A stretch of 64,000 bases of DNA, taken from contig CAVSNY010000002.1 of NCBI GenBank assembly GCA_963729605.1, positions 352,001-416,000 on the forward strand. The letters are read 5' to 3'. Source of the DNA: an uncultured Gammaproteobacteria bacterium. GTDB taxonomy: Bacteria > Pseudomonadota > Gammaproteobacteria > DRLM01. The position numbers and the translations under genes were made by a program. Below the pieces are notes generated by a model. The model saw only the letters and a list, made by a program, of their open reading frames with translations, did not search any database and was not told the DNA's origin. Below, in pieces: positions 41,556 through 51,859 of this stretch (position 1 is the stretch's first letter; the number at the start of each line of letters is the position of its first letter).

Positions 41556-43958
41556 ATGAAGGCGTCTGATGTTGAAGGTATGAGGACTCGCCAGGCCGCA
41601 CGGCATGCCATGCGCAGCTTTCCCATGGCGATGGCGGATGGCGTGATGTCGGTCATCGTAATGATGAATGGCCGGGGTGACGTAGTCCGTTACCACTCCG
41701 CTTCCGGGCAAGATTTAACCGGGCCTTATCTCGATAATGACGGCGTGCGAGGTTCCGCTCGGGACGATGACGGGGTGGCGCCTTCCAGCAGTACGTTGAC
41801 CGAACGCCGCCGGTTGCATGCCTTGTTCGATCAGTCGCCTTTCAGCACCCAGATTTTTTCCCCCGACGGTCAGACCATCGCGGTCAATAAGGCCTGGCAG
41901 AATTTATGGCGTTCCACGTCGGAGGCGGCCGCCGGCTACAATATCCTGCTCGATCCGCAATTGATTGAAAAAGGCGTGATGCCTTATATCCTGCGCGGGT
42001 TCGGCGGCGAGCCCACGGCCATTCCCGCGATCGAATACGATACCCAGCAACAGGTCAAAACCGGGGGTTTTAAACGCTGGGTGCGGGCCTTCATCTACCC
42101 GGTGTTCGAAGAAAAACGACTGATTGAAGTCATCCTCATGCATGAGGATGTCACCGGGCAAAAACAGGCGGAAAGCGCCCTGTTGGATGCCCATGAAAAA
42201 TTGGAGCGGCGGGTACAGGACCGCACCGCTGAATTGGCGCGCGAGGTCTCCGAACGGGTGCGCGCCGAACGCCTGTTGTTTACCGAAAAGGAACGGGCCG
42301 AAGTCACGTTGCGCTCGATCGGCGACGGAGTGATCACCACCGATCCGGCCGGGTCGGTGGTGTCCATGAACGCGGTCGCGGAAACCCTCACCGCGTGGCG
42401 GGAGTGGGAAGCACGCGGCCGCGCTTTGGGCGACGTGTTTCAGGTGATCGACGAGGATACCCGCCAGTCCATCAAGGACCCGGTGGAGGCCTGTCTAAGA
42501 CGCGACGGCGCGGTGCGGGCGGAAAATACCCCGTTGTTGCTGCTCAATCGCCAGGGCGATGAATGTCCCATCGAAGGCAGCGCCGCGCCCATACGCGGCC
42601 GCGACGGTGAAAAATTGGGGGCGGTCATCGTGTTTCGCGATGTGACGCAGCAGCGATTGCTCAATAAAGAGATGGCCTATCACGCCCAACACGATGCCTT
42701 GACCGGGCTGGTAAACCGCCGCGAATTCGAACGCCGTCTCGCGCAGGCCCTCTCCAGCAGCCGGGATTACGGCTGGCAACATGCGCTGTGTTTTCTCGAT
42801 CTCGATCGTTTCAAGATCGTCAACGACACCGCCGGCCATATGGCGGGTGATGAGTTGCTGCGGCAGATTACCGCCTTGCTTCTGGACGGCGTGCGCGAGC
42901 GCGATACCTTGGCACGGCTGGGCGGCGATGAATTCGGTTTGTTGCTGCACAACTGTCCCCTGGAAAAGGCCTGGCAAATCGCCGAAAGCCTGATGACCCA
43001 GGTCCGCGATTTCAATTTTTTATGGAAAGGCCGCAGTTTTCAGATCGGCACCAGCATCGGCATCGTGCCCATCACCGCCGATGCCAGCGATGCCGCGCGC
43101 CTGCTCGGCCGGGCGGATCAGGCCTGTTACATCGCCAAGGATATGGGGCGTGACCGGGTCTTCGTCTGTCCCGTGGACGAACAGGAACCTCTGCGCCGTC
43201 CGACGAATGTGTTTCAACTCGACGAGCTGCGCAGTGCCTTGGGCGAAGGGCGCCTGCGCTTGTATTGTCAGCCCATCGTGTCCTTGCAGCATGAAGAGGC
43301 CGGGCCGCCCGCCTTCTTCGAAATGCTTCTGAGGCTGATCGACGCGCAGGGCAATGTTCTATTGCCCGCCGCCTTCATCCCCGCCGCCGAGCGGCACGGT
43401 GTCATGCGTAAATTCGACCGCTGGGTCATCAACGCCACGCTGTGCGGTTTTAAAGAATCGGCGCTGCTGCCCGGACAGGCCCGCATCAGTATCAATTTGT
43501 CCGCGCACAGCCTGGGTGATGAGAGCTTGCCTGACTTCATCGCCGCGCGGCTGGAATCCTGCGGTTTGCAGGCGCGGCAAGTGTGTTTTGAAATCGCCGA
43601 GACGGCGGTGGCGCAGCATTTCACCCGGGCCAGCCGCTTTATCGACGCGGTGCGGGGTTTGGGTTGCCGGGTCGCCTTGGATGAATTCGGCGGCGGTCTG
43701 TCGTCGTTCAGTTACCTGAAAAAACTCACCGTGGATTATGTGAAGATCTCCGGCCAGCTTATCGCCAATATGGTGGAGGATGAGCTGGATCAGGCGATGG
43801 TGGCGGCGGCGCGCCAAGTAGCGGTCGCCGCGGGTTGCCGCACCGTCGCCAAACACGTGGACACCCCCGTTCATCTGGAGCGGGCTCGCCAGTTGGGCCT
43901 CGACTACGCGCAAGGTTTCGTGGTGGCGGCGCCGCGCCCGTTGATGGAGTTTGTTTAA
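41556..43958 (+). CDS. PAS-PAS-GGDEF-EAL signalling protein
   Basis: HDALTGL.NR, DLDRFK.VND..GH..GD, RLGGDEF; EAL domain divergent (EML, DEFGGG, KHVD); start uncertain. Confidence 0.9.
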   Translation: MKASDVEGMRTRQAARHAMRSFPMAMADGVMSVIVMMNGRGDVVRYHSASGQDLTGPYLDNDGVRGSARDDDGVAPSSSTLTERRRLHALFDQSPFSTQIFSPDGQTIAVNKAWQNLWRSTSEAAAGYNILLDPQLIEKGVMPYILRGFGGEPTAIPAIEYDTQQQVKTGGFKRWVRAFIYPVFEEKRLIEVILMHEDVTGQKQAESALLDAHEKLERRVQDRTAELAREVSERVRAERLLFTEKERAEVTLRSIGDGVITTDPAGSVVSMNAVAETLTAWREWEARGRALGDVFQVIDEDTRQSIKDPVEACLRRDGAVRAENTPLLLLNRQGDECPIEGSAAPIRGRDGEKLGAVIVFRDVTQQRLLNKEMAYHAQHDALTGLVNRREFERRLAQALSSSRDYGWQHALCFLDLDRFKIVNDTAGHMAGDELLRQITALLLDGVRERDTLARLGGDEFGLLLHNCPLEKAWQIAESLMTQVRDFNFLWKGRSFQIGTSIGIVPITADASDAARLLGRADQACYIAKDMGRDRVFVCPVDEQEPLRRPTNVFQLDELRSALGEGRLRLYCQPIVSLQHEEAGPPAFFEMLLRLIDAQGNVLLPAAFIPAAERHGVMRKFDRWVINATLCGFKESALLPGQARISINLSAHSLGDESLPDFIAARLESCGLQARQVCFEIAETAVAQHFTRASRFIDAVRGLGCRVALDEFGGGLSSFSYLKKLTVDYVKISGQLIANMVEDELDQAMVAAARQVAVAAGCRTVAKHVDTPVHLERARQLGLDYAQGFVVAAPRPLMEFV

Positions 43959-44001
43959 GAAAGTTTTTCTATTGATCGGGCATCAAAATAGAACTGATTT
44001 A

Positions 44002-44149
44002 GGGAGCTCTGATTTATTCAGAGGTTCCCGCGGCACGCGGATGTGCCGCCATTTGCAATGGTGTCAGCCATTGAAAATGCAGGGCAGCGAACAGCATATT
44101 TTTGCTGTCCGTGCTCTGAAAATTCCAGGATGGAATTTTCAGAGTTTCC
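44002..44149. mobile_element. MITE-like element with IS5-type ends
   Basis: Ends GGGAGCTCTGA ... TCAGAGTTTCC form imperfect inverted repeats; TTA(G) flanks both sides; each end folds as a hairpin; no transposase. Confidence 0.55.
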
Positions 44150-44157
44150 TTAGACCT

Positions 44158-44192
44158 CCCCTCTCCCAACGGGAGAGGGTCAGGGAGAGGGG
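44158..44192. repeat. CCCTCTCCC-n-GGGAGAGGG palindromic repeat
   Basis: ccctctccc aac gggagaggg tca gggagagggg, a widespread intergenic repeat type. Confidence 0.6.
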
Positions 44193-44293
44193 AGGTTGAT
44201 TGATCCTTCATTGAATGCTCCCTCTCTCCAATCCTTCTTCCGCGCACGAAGGCTTTAATAAAGCAAAGATGCCTTAACGGATTTCACGGCTGA

Positions 44294-45253
44294 TTATTCG
44301 GGCGCGGCGTTCACCGCCCGCGCCGCCGCGTGTTTCTTGAGCCAGCCGGCGATACGTTTGACCAGTGTCGTTTCACCGCCCGTAAAAAAATGATCGGCCC
44401 CCGGCAGTTCCATTTGCCGATAGGCAAATTCGGCCTTCGGCGGCGGAGATACGTCGGCGGCGGCCGGGTCTTGCGGCGAGTCGGATGGCGAATCGGCGGC
44501 GCGTGCCGCGTGGCCTTTGCGCGCCGCCAAGGCGCGGGCGGCGGCCTCTTGTTTTACCGCATCCAGGTCCTGGCTGCCGTAGATGTCGAGCATCGGCACG
44601 GCGATTTTCTCCAACAGACCGGGCTGATAAGGCGTGGCGGCGGTATGCGGCGGCAGCCCCAGGCCTATCGCCACCAAGGCGGCGATCTTGTCGTTGTCCG
44701 CGCCGGCCAGGGCGGCCGTCGCCGCGGCGGCGCCCAGACCATGACCGATCACCACGATCTGCTTCAGGCCCTGTTGTTCGAGAAAGGCCGCCGCCGCGGC
44801 GATGCGCGGCGCGGCCGCCTCGAACACCGGTGCCAGTTCCCACTGGCGATCCGGGTTTTGCGCGGCGGCGGGCAGTTGAATGGAGAGGACCGCCCAGCCG
44901 GAGCGGGGCAGGTCGCGGCGCAAGGGCCGGATCACCTCCGGCCAGTCGGGGTGGGCGCCGAGGCCGTGCAGCAGGATGATGCCGCCTTGGGGATCGCCGG
45001 TGAGGGCCTCGGTGTACAGTCCCCAAAACCGCGTGCCCGCCGCCTCCAGCGATTCCGCGCGGCCCAGTTTGAGATGGACGATCAGCGGGTCTTCCGCTTT
45101 GGCGGCGTCGTCGGGTGCCGGCGGCGGTGACGGCGCGGCGACCGCTGCCGCGGCGGGCGGCTGGTCCGGCGTGGCGGCGTGCGCGTGGGTCAGGCCGAGC
45201 AGCGCGCCGGCCAAGATGAATAGACGGTAGTATCGTAGGTTGGATGGTTTCAT
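44294..45253 (-). CDS. exported alpha/beta-hydrolase-fold protein (DUF3530-like)
   Basis: IILLHG.GAHPDWP.VI.PLR..L...GW..LSIQ, GHGLGA, LDIYG, GADHFF. Confidence 0.8.
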   Translation of the reverse strand: MKPSNLRYYRLFILAGALLGLTHAHAATPDQPPAAAAVAAPSPPPAPDDAAKAEDPLIVHLKLGRAESLEAAGTRFWGLYTEALTGDPQGGIILLHGLGAHPDWPEVIRPLRRDLPRSGWAVLSIQLPAAAQNPDRQWELAPVFEAAAPRIAAAAAFLEQQGLKQIVVIGHGLGAAAATAALAGADNDKIAALVAIGLGLPPHTAATPYQPGLLEKIAVPMLDIYGSQDLDAVKQEAAARALAARKGHAARAADSPSDSPQDPAAADVSPPPKAEFAYRQMELPGADHFFTGGETTLVKRIAGWLKKHAAARAVNAAPE

Positions 45254-45429
45254 GGCAGTCCGTTGCGGAAGACGCTGTCTAGCGGATCGGCCCGCGCGGC
45301 GTCCACTTTAACCCGGGGCCGAGTGAAAAAAGCCGCGCAATCGGGTAAAGTCGCAATTCTTGCCGGGCCGGCCGTGAAACGGCCGGCCCGGATTTATCCG
45401 TAGTGCCCTGATTCAATAGCGAGAGAGCC

Positions 45430-46122
45430 ATGTCCGATTACAAAATTGCCCCGTCGATCCTGTCGGCGGATTTCGCCCGGCTGGGCGAGGAAGTGAAAAA
45501 CGTCCTGGCCGCCGGCGCCGACATCGTCCATTTCGACGTGATGGACAACCACTATGTGCCCAACCTCACCATCGGCCCGCTGGTGTGCGAGGCGCTGCGC
45601 AAACACGGCATCACGGCGGATATCGACGTGCACCTGATGGTGAAGCCGGTGGACCGCATCATCCCGGACTTCGCCAAGGCCGGCGCGACCTACATCACCT
45701 TCCACCCCGAGGCCTCCGACCACATCGACCGCTCCTTGGCGCTGATCCGCGAATCGGGCTGTAAATCGGGTCTGGTGTTCAATCCCGCCACGCCGCTCGA
45801 CTATCTGAAATATGTGATGGATAAAGTGGACATGGTGTTGCTGATGTCGGTGAATCCCGGTTTCGGCGGCCAGAAGTTCATCCCCGCCACCTTGAACAAG
45901 CTGCGCGAGGCGCGCCGGATGATCGATGAGAGCGGTTATAAAATCCGCTTGGAGATCGACGGCGGCGTGAAGACCGACAACATCCGCGAAATCGCCGAGG
46001 CCGGCGCCGACACCTTCGTGGCCGGCTCCGCGGTGTTCAGCGCGGGCAAGGCGAGCGATCCGAATCGTTATGATTCCGTCATCGCCGCCATGCGTGCCGA
46101 GTTGGCCAAGGCCGGTAAATAA
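45430..46122 (+). CDS. rpe: ribulose-phosphate 3-epimerase
   Basis: [36 protein letters not shown]. Confidence 0.98.
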   Translation: MSDYKIAPSILSADFARLGEEVKNVLAAGADIVHFDVMDNHYVPNLTIGPLVCEALRKHGITADIDVHLMVKPVDRIIPDFAKAGATYITFHPEASDHIDRSLALIRESGCKSGLVFNPATPLDYLKYVMDKVDMVLLMSVNPGFGGQKFIPATLNKLREARRMIDESGYKIRLEIDGGVKTDNIREIAEAGADTFVAGSAVFSAGKASDPNRYDSVIAAMRAELAKAGK

Positions 46123-46127
46123 TACGA

Positions 46128-46823
46128 GTGAGCGGCGCGGTGAGCATCAACAAACAACCCAAGATGGTATTGATCGACCTCGACGGCACCCTGGTGGACA
46201 GCGTGCCCGACCTCGCCTATTGCGTGGACGAGATGATGACGGTCTTGGGCCAATCCGCCCGCGGCGAAGCGCGAGTGCGGCACTGGGTGGGCAACGGTGT
46301 CGAGCGTTTGGTGAAGCGCGCGCTGCTCGACCGGCTGGACGGCGAGCCGGCCGCGGCGGATTTTCAGCGCGCCCTGCCGATCTTCATGGCCTTGTATAAA
46401 GACAATGTCTCCAAGCGCAGCCAGCTTTATCCCGGCGTGAAGGACGGCCTGGAGTTTCTGCGCGGCGCCGGTTACAAGCTGGGCTGCATCACCAACAAGG
46501 CCGAGGCCTTCACCGTGCCCTTGCTGAAAGACCTCGGCGTCTACGATTATTTCCAGATCGTGGTGAGCGGCGACACCTTGCCGGTGAAAAAACCCGATCC
46601 CGCGCCCTTGCTGCACGCGGCGAAATTTTTCAATGTCGCCGCCGATCAGGCCTTGATGGTGGGCGATTCCATCAGCGACGTGCAGGCGGCGCGCAACGCC
46701 GGTTTCCAAATCGTGTGCCTGAGCTACGGCTACAACCACGGTGTCGATATCCGCGAGGCCCGGCCCGACGCGGTGATCGACTCCCTCGCGGAATTGTCCG
46801 GCCTGCTGGCCAAGGCCGCCTGA
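46128..46823 (+). CDS. gph: phosphoglycolate phosphatase
   Basis: DLDGTLVDS, TNK, KKPDP, MVGDS, YGYN; follows rpe. Confidence 0.95.
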   Translation: MSGAVSINKQPKMVLIDLDGTLVDSVPDLAYCVDEMMTVLGQSARGEARVRHWVGNGVERLVKRALLDRLDGEPAAADFQRALPIFMALYKDNVSKRSQLYPGVKDGLEFLRGAGYKLGCITNKAEAFTVPLLKDLGVYDYFQIVVSGDTLPVKKPDPAPLLHAAKFFNVAADQALMVGDSISDVQAARNAGFQIVCLSYGYNHGVDIREARPDAVIDSLAELSGLLAKAA

Positions 46824-46838
46824 ACGGGACGATGAGTC

Positions 46839-46895
46839 ATGCGGCTTGAAACGACGTTAACCAACACAGCGCGGCTGTGGCGATGGCGCGGGTGA
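46839..46895 (+). CDS. trpL: putative trp leader peptide [18 protein letters not shown]
   Basis: 18-codon ORF with WRWR immediately upstream of trpE; below the ORF-track size cutoff. Confidence 0.75.
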   Translation: MRLETTLTNTARLWRWRG

Positions 46896-46944
46896 AGGCC
46901 CGCCGTCATCGGTTTTTGTCGCGTCGTTTTCGAGAGTGAGCAAC

Positions 46945-48450
46945 ATGAGTCCTGAACAATTTCGCGCCCTGGCGGACCAGGGTTACAACCGCATCCCCGT
47001 CATGCGCGAGGTGCTGGCGGATCTCGATACCCCGCTCAGTACCTATCTCAAATTGGCCGACGGCCCTTACTCCTATCTGCTGGAATCGGTGCAGGGCGGC
47101 GAGAAGTGGGGTCGTTATTCCATCATCGGCCTGCCCTGCCGCAATCGCATCGAAGTGCGCGGCCGACAGCTCACCCTGCTGCGCGACGGCGCGGCGGTGG
47201 AGACCTTGCACAGCGACGACCCGTTGGCCTGGATTGAAAACTTCCACGCCCATCACCGTGTCCCCGAACTGCCCGGTCTGCCGCGCTTCACCGGCGGCCT
47301 GGTCGGCTACTTCGGCTACGACACCGTGCGCTACGTCGAACCGCGTTTGGCGGTGTGCCCCAATCCCGATAGCTTGAATACCCCGGACATCCTGCTGCTG
47401 ATCTCCGACGAGGTGGTGGTGTTCGACAATCTGCGCGGCAAGTTGTACGTGGTGGTGCACGCCAATCCCGCCGCGGCCGATGCCTATGCGCGGGCGCAGG
47501 CCCGCCTCGCGGAATTGGTGCGGCACATGCAGCAAGCCGCGCCGCTGTACGGGCGCGGCCGGCGCGCCGCTACCGTGCACGGCGAGGCGGATTTCGTCTC
47601 GGACTTCACTCGCGAAAAATTCGAGGCGGCGGTGGCGCGGGTCAAGGATTACATCCTCGCCGGCGACGTGATGCAGGTGGTGTTGTCGCAGCGCTTATCC
47701 ATCCCCTTCGCCGCCGCGCCGCTGGATTTGTACCGCGCCCTGCGCAGCCTCAATCCCTCGCCCTATCTTTTTTATTTGCACCTCGGCGATTTTCAGATCG
47801 TCGGCTCGTCGCCGGAGATTCTGGTGCACGTCGAACACGGCATGGTCACCGTGCGGCCCATCGCCGGCACGCGCAAACGCGGCGCCGACGAGGCCGAAGA
47901 CCGCGCCCTCGAACAGGACCTGCTCGCCGATCCCAAAGAACGCGCCGAACACCTGATGCTCATCGACCTCGGCCGCAACGACGTGGGCCGCGTCGCGCAA
48001 GTCGGCAGCGTGGCGGTCACCGAGCGCATGGCGGTGGAACGTTATTCGCACGTGATGCACATCGTCTCCAACGTCACCGGCCGCTTGCGGCCCGGCACCG
48101 GCGCGATCGCCGCGCTGCGCGCCACCTTTCCCGCCGGCACCTTGAGCGGCGCGCCCAAGATACGCGCGATGGAGATCATCGACGAATTGGAACCGGTGAA
48201 GCGCGGCATCTACGGCGGCGCGGTCGGCTACCTCGGCTGGAACGGCAATATGGACACCGCCATCGCGATCCGCACCGCCGTGATCAAAGACGGCGCTTTG
48301 CATATTCAAGCCGGCGCCGGCATCGTCGCCGACTCCGTGCCCGCCAGCGAATGGGAAGAGACCATGAACAAAGGCCGCGCCATCTTCCGCGCGGTGGCGA
48401 TGGCGGAGGCGGGTTTGGACGGCGGCGCCGCGGCGCCGCGGGCAGGGTAA
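46945..48450 (+). CDS. trpE: anthranilate synthase component I
   Basis: [57 protein letters not shown] (alternative GTG start at 46936). Confidence 0.97.
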   Translation: MSPEQFRALADQGYNRIPVMREVLADLDTPLSTYLKLADGPYSYLLESVQGGEKWGRYSIIGLPCRNRIEVRGRQLTLLRDGAAVETLHSDDPLAWIENFHAHHRVPELPGLPRFTGGLVGYFGYDTVRYVEPRLAVCPNPDSLNTPDILLLISDEVVVFDNLRGKLYVVVHANPAAADAYARAQARLAELVRHMQQAAPLYGRGRRAATVHGEADFVSDFTREKFEAAVARVKDYILAGDVMQVVLSQRLSIPFAAAPLDLYRALRSLNPSPYLFYLHLGDFQIVGSSPEILVHVEHGMVTVRPIAGTRKRGADEAEDRALEQDLLADPKERAEHLMLIDLGRNDVGRVAQVGSVAVTERMAVERYSHVMHIVSNVTGRLRPGTGAIAALRATFPAGTLSGAPKIRAMEIIDELEPVKRGIYGGAVGYLGWNGNMDTAIAIRTAVIKDGALHIQAGAGIVADSVPASEWEETMNKGRAIFRAVAMAEAGLDGGAAAPRAG

Positions 48451-48454
48451 TGTC

Positions 48455-48475
48455 ATGTTGTTGATGATCGATAAT
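48455..48475 (+). pseudogene. trpG: 5' stub of trpG (MLLMIDN) = probable attL core
   Basis: ATGTTGTTGATGATCGATAAT 4 bp after the trpE stop matches the TrpG/PabA N-terminus MLLMIDN(YDSF), then diverges to LHRGFS-stop. Confidence 0.8.
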
Positions 48476-48590
48476 CTGCATCGCGGTTTTTCTTGATCCG
48501 CCAACGTCCAATGAGTAGACCATAAGGCCCCGATTCAAGGGGCTTTTGTTTGTTGACGTTCGATGCTGTTCATTGGCATCCAGAACAAAA

Positions 48591-48647
48591 GCGGGTATCG
48601 TTGCGGGTATCAAAACAACATATAAGCATCACAGGTTTGATACCCAC
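48591..48647. promoter_or_regulatory. putative integrase arm-type binding repeats
   Basis: GCGGGTATC direct repeat (48591, 48603) plus inverted GATACCCAC (48639-48647) between att and int. Confidence 0.6.
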
Positions 48648-49871
48648 ATGTTGACCGACACCAAAATCCGCAATGCCAAGCCTGGCGACAAACCGATTAA
48701 GCTTCCTGACAGTAACGGGCTGTATCTCGAAGTGCGGCCGACAGGAGCGAAGTTGTGGCGATACCGCTACCGCATCGCGGGCAAGGAGAATGTCTTTGCC
48801 GTAGGCGAATATCCTGCGATTGGATTGGCAGAGGCGAGGGCAATCCGAGCCGATGCACGGGAGTTGGTGAAACAAGGTATTCACCCCGCGCATGACCGCA
48901 AGGCATGCATGGCGGCGCAAGTTGCAGAGAACGCCAACACCTTCAAGGCCGTTGCGGTGGAATGGGCCGAGCAACGCAAGAAGAAGTGGACGCCCTATTA
49001 TGCCCGGCAAGTTGATCGCTTCCTGAATACCGATGTTTATCCCTACATCGGCACCTTGCCGATCCGCAACGTGACGGCGGCGCACCTGTTGGAAATCGTC
49101 AAGCGAATTGAGAAGCGCGGCGCGGAGACTGTTGCGTTGGTGGTCCGCCAGTGGTGTAGCGCAATCTTTCGCTATGCCGTGGCAACGCTGCGAGCAGACC
49201 ACGATCCGGCGGCTACTTTAAAGGGAGCAATTCACCGACCAAAGGTCGAACATCATAAGCCCCTATCCCGCGAACAGGTGGCAACCTTCGTGAAGGCGCT
49301 TGATGATTATGGTGGCTATCGGACTACGGTTATTGCGCTACGTCTAATGTTGCTCACCTTTGTGCGCACTGTGGAGCTACGGGCGGCGCAGTGGGCGGAA
49401 ATTGATCTAGACCGGGCGGAGTGGCGCATACCGGCTGAGCGCATGAAGATGCGGGAGCCGCACTTTGTTCCCTTGTCGCATCAAGCGGTGGAATTGTTGC
49501 GGGAGCTAAACACGTACACCGGAGGGCGCGATTTTTTGTTTCCAAATTACCGCAGCCCTAGAGCCTGCATGACGCCAACTACGCTTAATCGGGCGCTGGA
49601 ACGTATGGGCTTTAATGGCAAGGACAGCATAGGCTTTTCTGCTCACGGCTTCCGTGCGACGGCATCGACCATCCTTAATGAAATGGGTTTTCGCCCTGAT
49701 GTGATCGAGCGCCAACTCGCCCATAAAGAACGAAATAAGGTGCGAGCGGCTTATAACCAAGCCGAGTACCTGGAAGAACGGCGGGCGATGATGCAGCAAT
49801 GGGCGGACTACCTCAATAGGCTAGTGGTTGGTGCCGAGGTGATGCCTATTCGTGGAGCTAGAATAGCGTGA
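48648..49871 (+). CDS. P4-family tyrosine integrase with N-terminal arm-binding domain
   Basis: LTDTKIRNAKP, GLYLEV.PTGAKLWRYRY; catalytic R (VRTVE), HGFR, QLAH, AAY; RRAMMQQWAD. Confidence 0.96.
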   Translation: MLTDTKIRNAKPGDKPIKLPDSNGLYLEVRPTGAKLWRYRYRIAGKENVFAVGEYPAIGLAEARAIRADARELVKQGIHPAHDRKACMAAQVAENANTFKAVAVEWAEQRKKKWTPYYARQVDRFLNTDVYPYIGTLPIRNVTAAHLLEIVKRIEKRGAETVALVVRQWCSAIFRYAVATLRADHDPAATLKGAIHRPKVEHHKPLSREQVATFVKALDDYGGYRTTVIALRLMLLTFVRTVELRAAQWAEIDLDRAEWRIPAERMKMREPHFVPLSHQAVELLRELNTYTGGRDFLFPNYRSPRACMTPTTLNRALERMGFNGKDSIGFSAHGFRATASTILNEMGFRPDVIERQLAHKERNKVRAAYNQAEYLEERRAMMQQWADYLNRLVVGAEVMPIRGARIA

Positions 49872-49895
49872 CGGCGAGGTCCTCGGACTCTCTTG

Positions 49896-50310
49896 TTACT
49901 TATCTCCTCGATCGAACGGATCAGCACGTCGTCTGAGCTCCGGCCATAGAAGAACACCCGAGGAAGTGACACACAGAAGCGTGAGCACAGTTCCTTGCGC
50001 AAGGGCGACAGGAGATGCGTTAAGCCCAGACATGCTGCGATCCATGTTGTGCACGACGATGCCGCCGAACGCCAAGAGTGGAAAAGAGCAGTGCTGCCGC
50101 GCCAATCCAGCGGCAAATCATTTGTGCGACGGGATATCGATTTGGTATCGCCGCGGGGACCCACAGCGGCGTGGCGAAGACCATACCAACCAGGAACCAG
50201 AACGTAGCGGCAGTGTAGCTTTCCGGTTCCACTGCACGAGAGAAGTCGCCGCCCAAAAGCGCTATGAACCCACCACATAGTGCGGTGGTGGTGGGTAGGA
50301 AGAATCGGGC
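49896..50310 (-). pseudogene. frameshifted small membrane protein
   Basis: Hydrophobic frame ...RWIGAAALLF continues in another frame as PLLAFGGIVV...GVLLWPELRRR; no clean start. Confidence 0.45.
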
Positions 50311-51085
50311 CTATAGTGGCATTTGCGCTGCTCTAACGATAATTGCCGTAGGGAAAAGCTGAACAGCAACCTCTAAAATGGACAATACAGCCTCATTAGC
50401 CACCAGAACAGCTGAGACGCCTTTCCCCGTTTCTGGCTTGAGCTCCCCCCAAGTCCCAATTTCCACAAGGCTTGAGGAACCCACATCACCCGCACTTGAC
50501 AAGATCGCTGTCGGTAAATATTCTGCGGTTTGACCCGCGCGAACCTTGGTTGACCCTGGGCAATCGGAGCCCAGAAGTGCCAAGAACAGCGCGGGTTTTA
50601 TTTTGGTCGATGCACCGCAACTTCCCTTCATCCGCCCAGCGCTGTGCCGGGATCTTCCCGGTCCTGTCATACGTTGATAAGCATGCTCACTTCGACATGA
50701 CTAAGCGCGGTCTTTAGCTACGCAATCATCATCACGGGATAGCCGCGAACAGGCTCAGGCGCATGAAGGCCAAGCGATCAGGAACGGTATTGGAGTGGAT
50801 CCTGATGCGGTTAGTATCTCTTTGTCGTCCCGGCCTGAATGGGCTCGTCGTCGCTCTCAATGTCCTTCATCGTGAAAACGCTCCGCTACTTCAGTTGATT
50901 TTCTGCTGCCTTCCTCGTAATTTGAACTTGCTAGTTTGTGCCCTATGGAACTGCTGTGCGCAAGTGCCCCGATAATTCCTCCAACATACGATGGCCAACC
51001 TTAAGAAGCAAAGGAGAAAGACAACTAGAGCGCAAGGAGTGCGCCGGTCTTCGGCATTGATACGCAAATAGGAGATATAGAGTTA

Positions 51086-51859
51086 GTGAGTGTCCAGAAA
51101 AAGAAAGCCAGAAAGTCTAGGAAGAATGCATTCGCCGAAGCTGCGAACATAGCGCCTCTTAAAAAAATTATTTTCGATTTTCCCGCTGATAGATCTGGCG
51201 AATTTGTGATCAGCTGTAGTCAGTTAACCCGAGTCGAACGTCAGATTCTCCGAGGGATGGTGGACCTTCATTACCAATTGTTCAGCGTTGTTTGGGTGAC
51301 CAACAAACTTCCCCATGGCGATTTATCATCCTTGATGGTGATTGCGTTTGATGCCGAGTTAAGAAAGGCTGATATTGAGGCTTGTATTGATCGTATATGG
51401 GGTACATCCTTTGACGAAGTGCTGTCTCCAGAGACGGATAAAGCAGTCGCGCAGATTTTTAGCGATGTGGCTGCTCTTGCCGCGGCCAATGCGCTTCGTG
51501 CACTCACTTCGCTGGAAGCAAAGGATTACGAACGTTGCATCGCATGCCACACGCGCGCCGTAAGACTAGCTCAACTAATGGCAGAGGCAGTTCGGCGTAT
51601 TGATATCTTTTTCGAAGCAGAGCCGCGAATCAGTTTCTCCAGGCTTGGAACGGCTGGCGCAAAAAAACGCCATGCACCAATGGCCGAGCTTCGCAAGTGG
51701 GCGGTGGAGCAATACCGCAAGGGAACGTGGCGGTCTGCGAATCAGGCAGCACATGTGTTAAAGGCAGCAATAATTGCTCACGGGCGCAGTATCAATGCCC
51801 ATCTTTCAGAAGAAAATGCGCAGCGCACAATTGCGGATTGGTTCCGCGCGTCTGTTTAG
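51086..51859 (+). CDS. hypothetical protein with basic helical (HTH-like) C-terminus, upstream of alpA
   Basis: 257 aa ORF with RBS-like GGAGA; C-terminus KRHAP...SANQAA...RTIADW. Confidence 0.7.
   Translation: MSVQKKKARKSRKNAFAEAANIAPLKKIIFDFPADRSGEFVISCSQLTRVERQILRGMVDLHYQLFSVVWVTNKLPHGDLSSLMVIAFDAELRKADIEACIDRIWGTSFDEVLSPETDKAVAQIFSDVAALAAANALRALTSLEAKDYERCIACHTRAVRLAQLMAEAVRRIDIFFEAEPRISFSRLGTAGAKKRHAPMAELRKWAVEQYRKGTWRSANQAAHVLKAAIIAHGRSINAHLSEENAQRTIADWFRASV

Noticed and set aside
43972-43986. TTGAT-cgggc-ATCAA resembling an FNR box
   Set aside because: Spacer is 5 bp rather than 4, and it lies between convergent gene ends.
45363-45391. Perfect 12-bp GC hairpin upstream of rpe
   Set aside because: Single copy, no T-tract, no family recognised; cannot assign a function.
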